From Eremomyces bilateralis CBS 781.70 (lineage: Eukaryota), in NCBI GenBank assembly GCA_010015585.1, contig ML975181.1: 64,000 nt of DNA. One strand, given 5' to 3'. The notes under the pieces were generated by a model. The model was given only the letters and a program-made list of their open reading frames with translations, searched no databases and was not told the DNA's origin. The first letter of the stretch is position 1, and each line of letters starts with the position of its first letter. The translations under genes were made by a program, and so were the position numbers. Positions 1 to 11,959 of the stretch are shown here, piece after piece.

Positions 1-1007
1 AGTTAACGAGACCTGCCGGGAAGTACATCGAGCTATATGTGGTGAACCCTGGTTAGACGTCCCTACCTCGGATGGCAATGTGGAGTGGTCCTGGTCTGGT
101 GGAGCTTGACTGGTCGGTTGACGTATCACTGGCTGGCTCCTGTACGATAGAAGGCGTTGTTGATACATGTTGAGAGAAGGCGCTCGATTGCTTGATTGAC
201 TTTGAGTTGAAGTAGAACGCGACTCGGAAACAGTGCTTGAAGTGGAATCGCTGACGTGACGGGGTTGAGAAAAATTTGAGCGGGGCTTGCGAAAACTAAT
301 ATTCTCCAAGTTGTTGAACGTAACTGAGACAGGATTCGTACCCTTGCGTTGCGGAACCTGATATTCCGCGGCCGGATGGGATTCTGCCGAGCTCATGGGA
401 CGGCCGGCTCCAAGATGATGCGACTGGTTCCTCGCGTGAAGCTTCGAGTGCGTAGGTCGGTGGTGGCCTTGGACGGATGCTGACCGCGAATGTGCTCCAA
501 CACTTTGCGACAAGTTGTGGGCGGCTCCCCTACCGCTTGGAGGGGCCATTCGAGATAGGCCTGATGAAGAGGAGGGACCAGCACGAGCGGCAGTTTGCGG
601 AGGGCGGGTTTGGCTGATCAGAGAGCGACCGGGTGTAGTCATCGGGAGGTTCGGGCGTGATATCTCTCCAGCGCGGGCGACGAGGGTTCTTCTCTGCTTA
701 GCATCGGGCTCCGGTACTGTGGTTGTGTATTTGTGAGATGTCTGTCCTTCAAGGGGGCCTATAATATAGTGCAAGAACATACAACCCATTGGCCGGTGTT
801 TCAGGTTTGTCGTCGGTGGAGGCATAGAGGATGCAGCTCGAATATTATTCTCCGACTCAGATATCTCGTGCAGCGAACTTGAGGCTCCCGGAGGAGGTAT
901 TCTGCTGGGAGGACGAATCCGCGACATTGTCGACTATGGGAAGAACCCGTTAGCTGGACTCAAGTTGCGCCCGGGGAAAGACATACAACATTCTCCTCTG
1001 AGGCCAT
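1..1007 (-). CDS. klpA: 5' part of a probable kinesin-14 (KlpA/Kar3-like) gene, disordered N-terminal tail; gene runs off the window edge
   Basis: Not in the ORF track because it is open to the edge. ATG at 1007, exon MASEENV, GTATGT..CTAAC..TAG intron, then STMSRIRPPSRIPPPGASSSLHEISESENNIR..., a second GTATGT..CAG intron, then LPEPDAKQRRTLVARAGE...HARNQS...RPMSSAESH...PQRKG. These motifs resemble my recollection of Pezizomycotina KlpA N-termini. The motor domain is not in the window. Confidence 0.5.
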
Positions 1008-1223
1008 ATCGGGCGGATTCGGAATATGCGGAACTTTATATCATCAATGCATTGAAGGAATGGATAGATACAAGATCGGATGCAAAGAAACACAGGTTGC
1101 GACAAACCGAATGTTAGGAGTGAGATGTAATACCAACGGTTATTCCAGAATCCGGAGTCAATCCGATGTTCTGTTTACTGGAGGTGTAAACATTGCAGGG
1201 GTTCGTAACCAGGGTCTGTGCCA

Positions 1224-1232
1224 GTCACGTGA
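1224..1232. promoter_or_regulatory. Cbf1/CDEI-type bHLH E-box (GTCACGTGA) in the divergent klpA/LOA1 promoter
   Basis: Exact match to RTCACGTG between two divergent ATGs (1007 and 1593); function untested. Confidence 0.3.
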
Positions 1233-1592
1233 ATCATCTTCAGCCACGATCTATCCTCAGCCACATTTCACATGTCAGGCCAGGCATCGTTAAGGCACCA
1301 ATCAGGCACCAACATTTTCCCGTGCAACCTCCGTCACTCCGGCCCTTGTTTTTGCAATCCAGGACATTTGAGCGATTCCTCCTCTCCTCTTCCTGTATCC
1401 AGGATATTCATAGACCTTCGCTCTTTCTTTCCGGTGGAACCTACGGCGGCAAGGCCTGCTTTGCATTTTTCAGAGACCGTGTGCCTTCGTGGCTTCATCC
1501 ACAGTCCCTCGATATCTTCACAGTCTTCATCCAAACTTTAGCTTGTATCGCCTCTGTGTTTGACCAATGGACCACTAGGGAAGCGACTCACC

Positions 1593-2998
1593 ATGGAGAA
1601 GTTCTCCCAATATCGGGATAGAGGTATTCGATGCCTTATTTCATCTTCTGTCCAGCAGACAGTGAACAAGCTTTGTGATAGTAGTACTAACCTTGGTATC
1701 TGCACCACAGGATCTGGAATCGCTCCATTCTTCCCCGTCACCACGAGTACTGCGGCACTTGCGTTACCGTTGCACATATTCCTGTTCACCATACGCATAC
1801 CCTTACTCCTGACCGTCGCACTGTCCTATTATCTCTTTTTTGGGTGGCTGCCGATACGCTCGCTTGGGAAGAAGGCCGCTCTATGGTTGATATTGGGGAT
1901 CCCGGGCATATGGTGGGTTGATTTGCAGATCGATGGGGTCAAACGAGGGTAAGTCTGGATTCCACAAGTCTTTCCGCCCTTTACAATACATCGTTCCGCC
2001 TGCCATATGTTTTGATAAGGTCTATTGTCGTCGGAGTAGGCCGTAGAGTTGCATGTATCCGCTTCATGGAACACAGATATCCCACTCGATCGTGCAACAT
2101 CCCACCCTCTCAACTTAGCGATGACATCTAGATTCGCGGTAAATGGCTCTTATCTTAATTAACCACCACTGACATCGTTTGCAGATCGCTAGCAAAACAA
2201 CATTTGAGCCGACTTCCTCACCCCGGAACCATCATCGCGTCCTCGTTCACCTCCCCGATTGACTCCTTATATCTTGCTGCCATCTTCGATCCGATCTTCA
2301 CGGTGTCCTACCCGAACACACCCCTTGTTCGGCCCGTGTCTCTCCTATCCTCCATACTCCGCGCCTTCCTCTCTCCACGTCTCTTACCGTCCGACAAAGA
2401 TGCAGCCGCCCTCATGACCCTGGCACAGCTCCGCGCCAAGCACCCCGACCGAATCATTGTAGTCTTACCAGAATGCACCACATCGAACGGCCGAGGCATC
2501 CTTGCTCTCTCTCCATCTCTAACGACGGCACCGGCGGGAACGAAGGTATTCCCCGTAAGCCTGCGGTACACCCCTCCCGACATCACGTCTCCTCTGCCCG
2601 GAATTCGATCCGGCATTGCCTGGCTCTGGCGGCTTTGCAGTCGCCCCACGCACTGTATACGCGTCCGCATCGGCGCGGCCATCGATCCCGCCGACATGCG
2701 GGCCGCCGTTTCTCCACGAGGCCTATCGTCCAGCTGGGTAGACGTCGCGGAAGAGACGTCGCCGGCACGTCGGTCTAGCGCCCAAGCGAAGCCAATGAAG
2801 GGTGATGTGGTGCCGCAAGTCAATGGCGACTCGGGCGAGCGGCTACTGGTCGGGCAAAGCGGGCTGTCCAAAGACCAGGAACGCTTCCTGGAGCGGGTAG
2901 GGGAGGATCTAGCGCGGTTGGGGAGGGTCAAGAGGGTTGGGCTTGGCGCGAAAGAGAAGGTGGATTTCTTGAGGTTATGGGAGAAACGGGGGCGATGA
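1593..2998 (+). CDS. LOA1: Lysophosphatidic acid:oleoyl-CoA acyltransferase (Vps66/Loa1 family)
   Basis: Family-typical start MEKFSQYRDRG-SGIAPFFP, a TM segment, ILGIPGIWWVDLQIDGVKRG, IIASSFTSPIDSLYLAAIFDP and LPECTTSNGRGIL. Exons 1593-1623, 1711-1948 and 2185-2998 with GT-AG introns. Confidence 0.9.
1995..2102 (+). ncRNA. Candidate intronic box H/ACA-like RNA in LOA1 intron 2
   Basis: Two hairpins: GCCTGC 1998-2003 / GTAGGC 2036-2041 and GTTGCATG 2048-2055 / CGTGCAAC 2091-2098, ending at ACA 2097-2099. The host intron is 236 nt, much longer than its neighbours. The H box is imperfect (AGAGTT). Confidence 0.3.
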
Positions 2999-3463
2999 GG
3001 CTTGTTGGGCTCGGGGGTATCATGATGACTGGAATGATTTACGGCTTTCTTAAGGTGGGCTCGGAGATGTTGGGCGAAGATAAGAAGGACGACATAGCGC
3101 GGGACGGAATCTGGGTCAGGAAGAGTTACATTGTCCCTTCACGGGGAGCTGGCTTATTTGTTTGGATGTCCTCTATCTACCTAGCATCGATAATGTAGTT
3201 TCGCCAAAACATTTCAGTGAATTTGTCTGCCCAAGTGGTCTCCTCACTATATCCTTATGCTGAATTGATAGTAGGAAACGTGCTACATCACACTGTACAT
3301 ACTCATCAAGCTATAAATGTAGACGACGAGCCCAAGAATCGCTAGAAAATACGGTCAATGACATCTACTTCATAACGACACCAGAGTGCCCATCCCACCA
3401 CAACACCAGGCGATCATCTTCGCACCAAAAGATCCGTCTCCCCATTAACTCCTCATCCCCCCT

Positions 3464-4786
3464 TCAGAAAATCTCCAACCCATCAAACCTCACCTTCAAC
3501 ATCCCCCCCCCATCTCTTTCCTCCCTCTCCTCCTCAAACAAACCCGATCCACCCATCCGCTCTGCCACGCTCGCCGGCCGACTCGCATACACCCCCACCC
3601 GAATCACCTTATCTTCCACCCCGAAGAAAAACCAGGTCACCTCCCGCAGCTTCACCCACTCGCCAGGGCGCGGGCCCGCACTGGGCGCATTCGATGGGTC
3701 GGAATCGCAATATGGCGTGGACGGTGCGGGGAGCGGCTGGTACCAGAGCCAGAGCGCGTCGCCGAGGCGCTCCATTTTGAGGCGGAGGGCAGCGGGGTGC
3801 GTGGGGCGGGGGATGTGGATGTATGGGGGAGCGTAAGGGGGGGAGGAAATTGGTCCGGGGGCGAAGTTGGTGGGTGATATGGCTCCGAGTGGTAGGTGGG
3901 GGAGGTAGGGGGGGGGGAGGGAGAGATCGGGAGTCAGGCCGGAAAGCGGCGGGGCGGAGGTCTCGTAACCGTCGTCGTGTCTACGACGCTCGGTTCTGCG
4001 GCGCTGGCGATGGGAACGTCGAGATGGCTCTGGATGTCGGACTGGGAGGCCGAGAGTTGGTACGGGTGAAGATACTGGCATTAAGGACGTCAAGGGCTGT
4101 AGTGGCACCGCGGGCGTCGCGGACATGGCCGGTCGCGTACTGTCAGGAAATGCCGGGCCGTTTTCAAATCGTCCTTGGCCGGGGAGCGTGGTGGCAGACC
4201 AGTCGGCGCCATCGGGGGTGGCGACGACAGCGGTCGCGTGAGGAGCATTGGAGGAGAGTTCCAGAGAGAGTTTGATCCATTTTGATGCGGGGACAGCGTG
4301 AGGGTACGGAGGGGGTGCTTGGACGTGATCAACAAGTTGATCTATCTGAAGAGTCGCTGAGTTCATCGAGTCAGGTGTCCTCGGTGGTGGAGTCCCACTG
4401 GTTGACAGTGGGGACGGAGAATCCGAGTCAATGGAAATAGCAGATACTAAGGATGACACATCGCGCTCTGTAGCCGGGATCGAAGGTACGATTACCGTTT
4501 CCACCCCTCCGGGTCGCTCTTCCCGTCCCGGAGGCGCCCCGGCGAAGATCACTAATCCTGCCTGATCCCACTCGAACTCCAGGTCAGCGCTCACCGTCAC
4601 CTCAGCAGATGTGAAACGGTGCCGAAGCGACGTGTACAGAATCGGTGCGGTGGAGGTGTCCCGGCAGGGCGGTTTCCGCCATAAATCGGTGTTTGGAGCT
4701 GCCGACAGGTCGAACGAGCCCATCCATTGCGGCACTGATTCCTGAGGGGTGTTCAAGGCTTTGAAGGAAGACCGGTCCGGAGGCAT
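3464..4786 (-). CDS. DUF1349 (Ree1-like, concanavalin-like fold) protein with long Pro/Ser-rich insertions
   Basis: Intronless 440 aa. Motifs FDLSAAPNTDLWRKPP, TAPILY, AEVTVSADLEFEWDQAGLVIF, KWIKLSLE, DGADWS and WVKLREVTWFF...IRVGVYASRP. Confidence 0.85.
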   Translation of the reverse strand: MPPDRSSFKALNTPQESVPQWMGSFDLSAAPNTDLWRKPPCRDTSTAPILYTSLRHRFTSAEVTVSADLEFEWDQAGLVIFAGAPPGREERPGGVETVIVPSIPATERDVSSLVSAISIDSDSPSPLSTSGTPPPRTPDSMNSATLQIDQLVDHVQAPPPYPHAVPASKWIKLSLELSSNAPHATAVVATPDGADWSATTLPGQGRFENGPAFPDSTRPAMSATPAVPLQPLTSLMPVSSPVPTLGLPVRHPEPSRRSHRQRRRTERRRHDDGYETSAPPLSGLTPDLSLPPPYLPHLPLGAISPTNFAPGPISSPPYAPPYIHIPRPTHPAALRLKMERLGDALWLWYQPLPAPSTPYCDSDPSNAPSAGPRPGEWVKLREVTWFFFGVEDKVIRVGVYASRPASVAERMGGSGLFEEEREERDGGGMLKVRFDGLEIF

Positions 4787-7688
4787 GGCTGGTGACTTGC
4801 GGTGTGAATGACGGGATGTCCGAACAATAGCACCAACCCACTAATGATGCGGATTGAGGGACACTTATGTCCGCGGCTTGGGTAACCGATATGCCTCCAC
4901 GTGCTGCCTCGTAGATACCCCAGCGTTATAGGAGCCCAAGGTGATGATCGGTCCTACGACGCGCCCCTAAGGCTCTAACACAACCCCGTTTGGGTCTTGA
5001 GCCTTGGCGCCTGATGGTGGCGTAGGAGAAAGGCAATAGAATGGATCGAGGGTCTCCGGCTATGGCATGAGGCAATGGATCACGGGCCGGGATGTGACTA
5101 AGCGGACGAGGTTGTCTCGTAGGTGATTCGAGTCCATTGGACGGACTCGAAGATTAAAATAAGACTTCTCCTAGACTCTGTTCTCCAGGGACCTAGACCA
5201 GGGAATCGGGAGATGCAATCGAGCCGTGCCGTGGTGGATTGTAACGACACAAGGGACGATATCCCCCCCTTCCGAACGGAGTTAGACCAGGCTTTGATGA
5301 TAATTTAGAAAATCGAGACGAGTCAGACTGGGATTCTGAACCAATCGACGTAGAATTCCAGTGGCTAATAGAATATATAAGCAATTGTTTTAGACCATGT
5401 GGACTTGGACTAACCTTAACAGTTGGTGGGCCTGATAGAGCTGGTTGTATAGTTTTAGAAATGCCCAGCTCCTATCCAGTGACGATAAAACGTGGAACGA
5501 AGAACCGAATTTGATGAATGAATTAACAGTGCAGACGATGAACTTCTCTTTTAAAAGAACAGCAGCAACTTAAAAGAAATAGAGAATAAAGCAAGCGGTA
5601 AACATTGAGGGGGAGTTCGCTTCAGGGTCAGCACTAAATGGATCCGACGAGCGGCGGTATTTAACGCAGCGGTCATCTTCAAGAGTACCTTGCTATTACC
5701 AAGAAAGGGCAATCCGCAATCCGGATATCGTATCCAAACTTGCTAGATCAGGACAAATGGAATACTTTATTGGGCACTGGGCTGTATTGGGTCAGTCCCC
5801 TCCCTGACATCCTCAAACTGGCGGTATTTACTGGCCAGCCTTGTGAGGATGCAGTCCCGCATCAGCGAGACGCTTGCCAGCCACCCGATCCGTGGACCCG
5901 GCTGGCGTCCGTCTACCACCAAGTGGAGCTCACTCACGACAACCTCAAACTTAATGCGGAGTGCGGATCCATCGTTTGACTTCAGAAAGTGCGGTCATTT
6001 ACGTCCGTAGATTAGCCAGCTCTCAGCGAGGATGCAGATTGCAGATGGCGCCGAATCCTCCCTACCTGGCGGCGCCATGGTCGTGGATTGGTGGTGACCA
6101 GGGTGAAGGAGGCGCAGGAACATTCCCCTCTCCGTTCCACAGAGGCAAAGATGAAAGGGGCTTTCTGTTGGGGCCGTCCAATTAGTCCGAATTTCATGGA
6201 GGTTCTGCAGTTAGCGACGATGCGGAATAACCGAATCCCACGACGCAGGCGACGTGCTCGGTTGCTAGGTTGGCAAAAGGGGAGGTGCCACGATGATCGA
6301 TGGAGTTGGCGGCAACATAGAACAGATTGGAGAAGCACAAGAGAAGACACTATCGGGTGTGGCAGCCATAGAGCGTATCTGAACGGTCGTCAAAGGATTT
6401 ATTCTGTTTAGACTTGCCACTTTGGACATGTTCTATAGTTCTACAGTCTTACTCCGTACGTTGGAAAGAATCGACCTTTCAAGGGCTAGCCCTGCAGCTC
6501 CTTTGCCGCCGCCCTCGACCCGCTACCGGTATTTCGGACATTGCAACGTCGCTCTGCATGGCTATAGCAGTACAGCTTGCTGCGTCTAAAGTCTGCAAGG
6601 GCAAAGGATCCGGAATTTCAGGATGGTTCTGGCACGCCAATGGAAATTCCAGCTCTTTCATGCCGGCTGAATCGTATAGAGTGGGGATGAAGCCGTTGAA
6701 AGTCCGTCCATGCTCGCAAGATACGGACGTATTTCTACGAACTCTCAATTACGTACTTACTCGGATACTCACCTCTCGCCAGCCACTCCCATAGCGAGGC
6801 CGTAGGGCTGCTATCATGCCATCAGCTAGGCAGCTGGCGTCCTGGTGGGGCATCCTGAGCCGCCACAGGCTAGCGATGATATGCATGCGATCGCCGCGAA
6901 TCACGACGAATATGCGATGCTGGAGGACATTTGGAATGATCCTCAGCAGGGCTGAAAATTGTGCACGAGGCACACCAGACCGATGATTGATCAAAATTCA
7001 AAACGACTCCAGCGTCAACGAAAATCGGGCAACTGAATCGTTAGTCGAGAGAGCCAATAACAGAGTGGAATTGACATTTCACAATGATGCCGACCTGATC
7101 AATCCAAGCTGAGAATATCAAATGTCTCACAATGAGCCATCGTCTCTTGAATTGTGCTAACGATCATATCTGATTATGGATCAATAAATACGAATTGGAT
7201 ATAGGTAGGTATCCATCGCGTAACCTGCTGCTAACTAATTAAGGTTCCAGCTGCCTCTCTTCCATCTCACTCCGCTCACGAGCCCAATAATATCTAGCGG
7301 TGGCAAATCCTTTCGGCTTATATTGACTCAGTACTGTACAAAATCGAGCAAACGCGATGGATCCAGACCTTGTCTGAATTGATGGCGCTGATAGCCGATC
7401 GGAGCTGCCATGTTGCTAATGCTTACACCATATAGCTGGCAATCATCCCTTCGTGTCGGACGAGACTTTCCTATTTCCGTATATGCTCATCGGTGGCGTG
7501 ATACATGGACGGATATCTGAGTAGGAGAAACAGGGTGAAACATGTCATCAATGGATACACTCTAATCATCATGCAGAAGACTCTTCATCCTAGTAACGAT
7601 ACAAGAAAGGCCAAATCTCGTGGCCTCGACAACCCAAATATCCGCGGATCAACAATTTCTGAACCCAATCAAAACAATTCACTCATAT

Positions 7689-9418
7689 TCAGTCTGGCTT
7701 GGGGACAATTGGATTCATATGTTCGTGTCCCTGAATCAATTCAAGACAGGCCCGCTTCATCATCTCAACCAAAGCGCGGAAAAGGGGTTGACCCGGATTA
7801 GAGATCCTGACGACAAGCAAAGTGAAAATCGCGGAAAAGACTCCGCAGCGAAAATCAGTAGAGAGAAAGAAACTCAGTAACCCGGACGCTTCCATCGACA
7901 ACGTGAGAAGCGCCACCGCGAAGGTCCAGATCGAGGCCAACGAGATTATGCCTAACATCAACACGACACAGTGGACGGGAAGGGGCGGTTGAGGGGTCGA
8001 TGTCGGAGTTGTCGGAGCGGGATCTATTGTGCCAGATTAGTTAGCACTTGTCAAAACTCCTAGACCATAAAGAAGAAGGGTATGTATGCGAGGAGCGAAT
8101 AAAACAACTAACCTTCAATAGGCTGTCCCGCACCCTTTTCATTGGCACCATGCTGGTCTTTGCCGGTAATGACGACGGGGAGTTTCTTGCTCCGTCTTGT
8201 CCGGCCTCGGGGCCTATCAGCTGAAGGTTTCTCTTTCGACTTGCGACGTTCACGATCCGAAGTTTCTGCCTCTCGATTGTCGTGCTGAGTCGGCATGAAC
8301 CCTCGCCCTCCACGAGTCGAGCTGACGGGTTCCCGAGGCGTCTGGCCAGGGGGCACGCTTCGGGGACCATTCCCTGCATTTGATGCCGCGGGTCTGGTAT
8401 CACCAGTGCCAGCTTTGTCACTAGAAAGGAAGTTCCAAACACCTTGCCATGAATATCGAGGTTTGTGCGGTCGAGTCGAGGCATGCGGATGATCACGCCG
8501 GGCCGACGCTGTTCGATCACCGGGCCGACCTCGATGACGTTTTCTGGGGCCCTCGCCTCGGATACGCTCCTCCGGTATCCTGTGACGACCATCGCGAGCG
8601 TTATTCGGTGTCGCGGGACGACCACCGCGAGTGCCGTTCCGTGTCGTATCTACATCGTCTGGTTCTTCGCCGGCCTCGACTTGTTTAAGGTCATGGAACA
8701 TCTCCTCACGGTCGGGATCTGTCCCTTCATCCCCCCCAACAGCACCACCCACGTGGGCCAGATTTTCAATGCTCTGGGCCATCAAATCCGCCGGGTCATC
8801 CGGGAGCGCTCCGCTCATATTGGGGTCATCGCCGAGGTCCTCCACGGTTGCTTGAACCCTTCTCTTTCCGCTCGTGAGGCTTGTGGCCTTAGTACTTCTC
8901 TCGGCGTTCTCGCCATTCTCATCTATCGCGCTGAAAACTTCATCTCCGAGAACCCTTCTGGTATTGGCTCTGGACGACCCCGACTTCAATGTTTGTGCTG
9001 GTGGATGTCGGCCATGGTGGTTGGGGGGTGATGGTGGTTGGGCATGGGTAGAATCGGTGAAGGACACACTGATCGGGTGGTATGGTTCGGGATGAGATGC
9101 TAAATCCGGGATGGAAGAAGCCGCTGTGGAAGAGCGACCACGGTGCGCACGACTGGATTCCATCCTTTGGGACTTTCGATCGGGATTATCGTGACCGGAC
9201 TCGGCTTGGTGCTCAGTGCGGATACGCCGCGGCGTACTCGTCTGTTTAAATCTAGAAGAACGGGCTTCCTGCGAAGGGCCAGTACTAAAACGCGGACTGG
9301 GACTGGAGTTGGGCGCTGTATCCAAGGTGAAGCAGTTAGCACACACTCAAAATCGGGGGAGGAAGAACGAGCAGTTATTGGAAGGTGATTCGGAGAACTC
9401 ACGGTGAGCGGACGACAT
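7689..9418 (-). CDS. Hypothetical protein: long disordered charged N-terminus with C-terminal hydrophobic (TM) segments
   Basis: ATG 9418 (ACAATGTCG), MSSAH, GTGAGT..GCTAAC..CAG intron, long exon (frame of the 8108..9346 ORF), GTTAGT..GCTAAC..TAG intron. The last exon reads DPAPTTPTSTPQPPLPVHCVVLMLGIISLASIWTFAVALLTL... to TGA at 7689, and splice phases are consistent. Confidence 0.7.
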
Positions 9419-10304
9419 TGTCGTGGTTGTTCAAGGTACTTGATCGGCACCGTACGCAGAGGTCGAGCACTAATAGAAGACAATAGCAAGGACACACGCA
9501 ACAGCGCAACAGAAAGGACGGCTCGAATTAAAGGAATGCCATTGCGTGCACTCAGGCGCACCATGGGGATACCAGTAATTACCTGAATCAGTGTGGTAGC
9601 AACAGCACCAGCGAGCGGCCTCTGACACCGGAGGATAACACGGCCTCAGGTGGGCAGGCAGCAACTATACCACCAGGTCGAAGTCCTCGTCCTCCGTCCG
9701 GTGAGTATATCATGGCCCAATCGAAGGACAGGACAGCTTCACGTCGCTGTCAACTGGGGGGAACGTCGCCCCGCCAAGGGGATTGAGGCCGTCTTTTACA
9801 CGTCGACATGCAGAGCCACACGAAACACTACTTTTCCATTCGCTCGACCACTTTCTAGAGGAAGGGACAGATCCACAAGCGGCCACGACGTCATTGATCA
9901 TATCGAGTGTGAAATGGTGGGAAAAGTACGTACCATCCAGGAAAGGGAGCGAGGCTGGCGTGGAGTTATCAGTTATATACCTTTGAGGCTTCGAATCGGA
10001 GTGGTAGCTAGCACACGGTCCGGTCCGATTGTCCGTGAGATGGTGAGACGGTAGCCATACTCATGTTCCGTCCCGGTTAGCCTATCAGGTCACAGGTGTT
10101 AATGGGCGTTCACGCTAAGGCGTGATCCGGTCATCATTCAAGCCACCCAGAAAACCATACTACTTCCGTACAATCGCGTGTCGGGTCAGTTGGTACGAGG
10201 GAATTGCAAAAGAACGCTTGTTTCAAACGGCATGGATACGAACAAATGCGAAGTTACATTCAGAATACGCACACATCAGGTTCTGGACCAGCTAGCCAGA
10301 TGAG

Positions 10305-11959
10305 CTACGCATCATAAAGTCGTCCGCTACGCTCCACCAGCAGATCGCCGCCCACGCAAGGTGTGCACCAGAGGGTATTCGTTGGATCGTACTTCTTCTT
10401 CACTTCCAGCAGACGCGCGTAATGTTCACCACCACCGAAGAACGTTGTTTTCCAATCCCGCTCACTCGGAGAAGCTTCGTTGAGATACGCCCCATGATTA
10501 GCACTCAGAGGATCCATAGCTGATACAGGGGAGCCCCCGATGCCCATCACAATCATGTGCATAACCGCATCGCGCCACGCAGGGTTCAGTCCGGTGTCCA
10601 GATCACGGTTCTGCGCGACTCTACCTCCAGCATTGGGATATGGAAGGACGCTAGACAGGCCGCCGGTCACGGAGGAGAGCATCTTTCGAATGGCTGGGAT
10701 ATTGCCCTCATTTAACGCATCGCGAGCCAACAACCTTGAGGTCATCAAACCGCCGAGCTGCCTCGCCTTGAGCTTCTCCGATTCCGCGGCTTCTTTGAAC
10801 AATTCCCGCTTGGAGGTGGTACCTCTATCGACGACCTGGTCCAACGAAACAGTGACGCCGAGTTGGCGCATTCTCTCCGCAATTGGATTGAAGAATTCAG
10901 AGATCTCCTGAGCGGTTTTGCCGGGTGCACGTAACCTGGACGAGTAGGATGATCCGCTCATGGTAGGGTAGCCTGAGAGACCGAAGTCGGTCATATTTGG
11001 CGTCATGGCGAAGAGGTATGCCATTGCATCGAGATAACCCCGTCCACGAACTGATATCTGGATTCCGTTCATGGTGGGAAGCGGGTACGCTCTCGTGATC
11101 AGTCGAGTAACGATGCCAAATGTGCCGCCACCACCGCCGCGGAGTGCGAAGAAGAGGTCCTGATTCTGGTAGTCGTTCGCAATGAGAATGGCTCCGCTGG
11201 GGACGACGATTTCGAATTCCAGGGCGTTATCACAACCCATGCCATACTGATTTGACAGAGGACCATGGCCACCGCCTTGGATCCATCCACCGGCTGCTCC
11301 GACTGACTATCCCGTTTATTCAGTAATGTCCTGTCTTTCCAGGGCGAGAATTCTTACTGCCGTTGCACCATGAACGATCATCAGACGTTCCCGTTCAACA
11401 AAAGGATAAACCTCCTCAAAAGCCGTCCCTCCTGCTATGCCGACCGCTGCTTGAGGTGCAGTGCCATTCGGAGCCCCGGTAGCCACCCACTCAGGGACAA
11501 TTTGATATCCTTTCATAGTTCGTGTGTATATCAAAAGGGACCCTGAGCCTCCATTTCTGTTCTGACTGTTAGAAAAGTAGGCGCTGTTTGTCAGGAACAA
11601 GCTTATACCTTGACATGAAGTCATGCCCCGTGCCTTTCACAGAGACGCGGACTTTATTCGCCGTTGCGAACTTCATCCCAGCGCTGACATCTTGGGCTGT
11701 CTTTGCGGCAAGCACATAGGCTCCTTGAGACGAAGTGCACTCCGTGGCCGGACATTTGGACAGTCGGCCACCGGTTGCTTGACCCAACTCTTGCCATGCT
11801 GCGGAGGTTGGCCAACCAGCGGCTCCAGGATACTGTTCTCCAAAATCAGATGCTATTAACTCTCCCTCAGTATGAATGTCTCACATTTTTCGCTTGTGCA
11901 TTTACTGACGAACCCCACGCTGATAATGATATGAGAAAGAGTGGAAACAAAGAAATCAT
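10305..11959 (-). CDS. Secreted FAD-linked oxidoreductase, berberine-bridge-enzyme/VAO superfamily (FAD_binding_4 + BBE)
   Basis: Signal peptide MISLFPLFLISLSAWGSSVNA; VKGTGHDFMSR (covalent-FAD His); SVGAAGGWIQGGGHGPLS; DLFFALRGGGGGTFGIVT; GAYLNEA...YARLLEVKKKYDP...CTPCVG. Three GT-AG introns. Confidence 0.93.

Noticed and set aside
5100..7600. Chain of short ORFs between the DUF1349 gene and the orphan gene
   Set aside because: No recognisable motifs, consistent splice model or codon bias; treated as intergenic.
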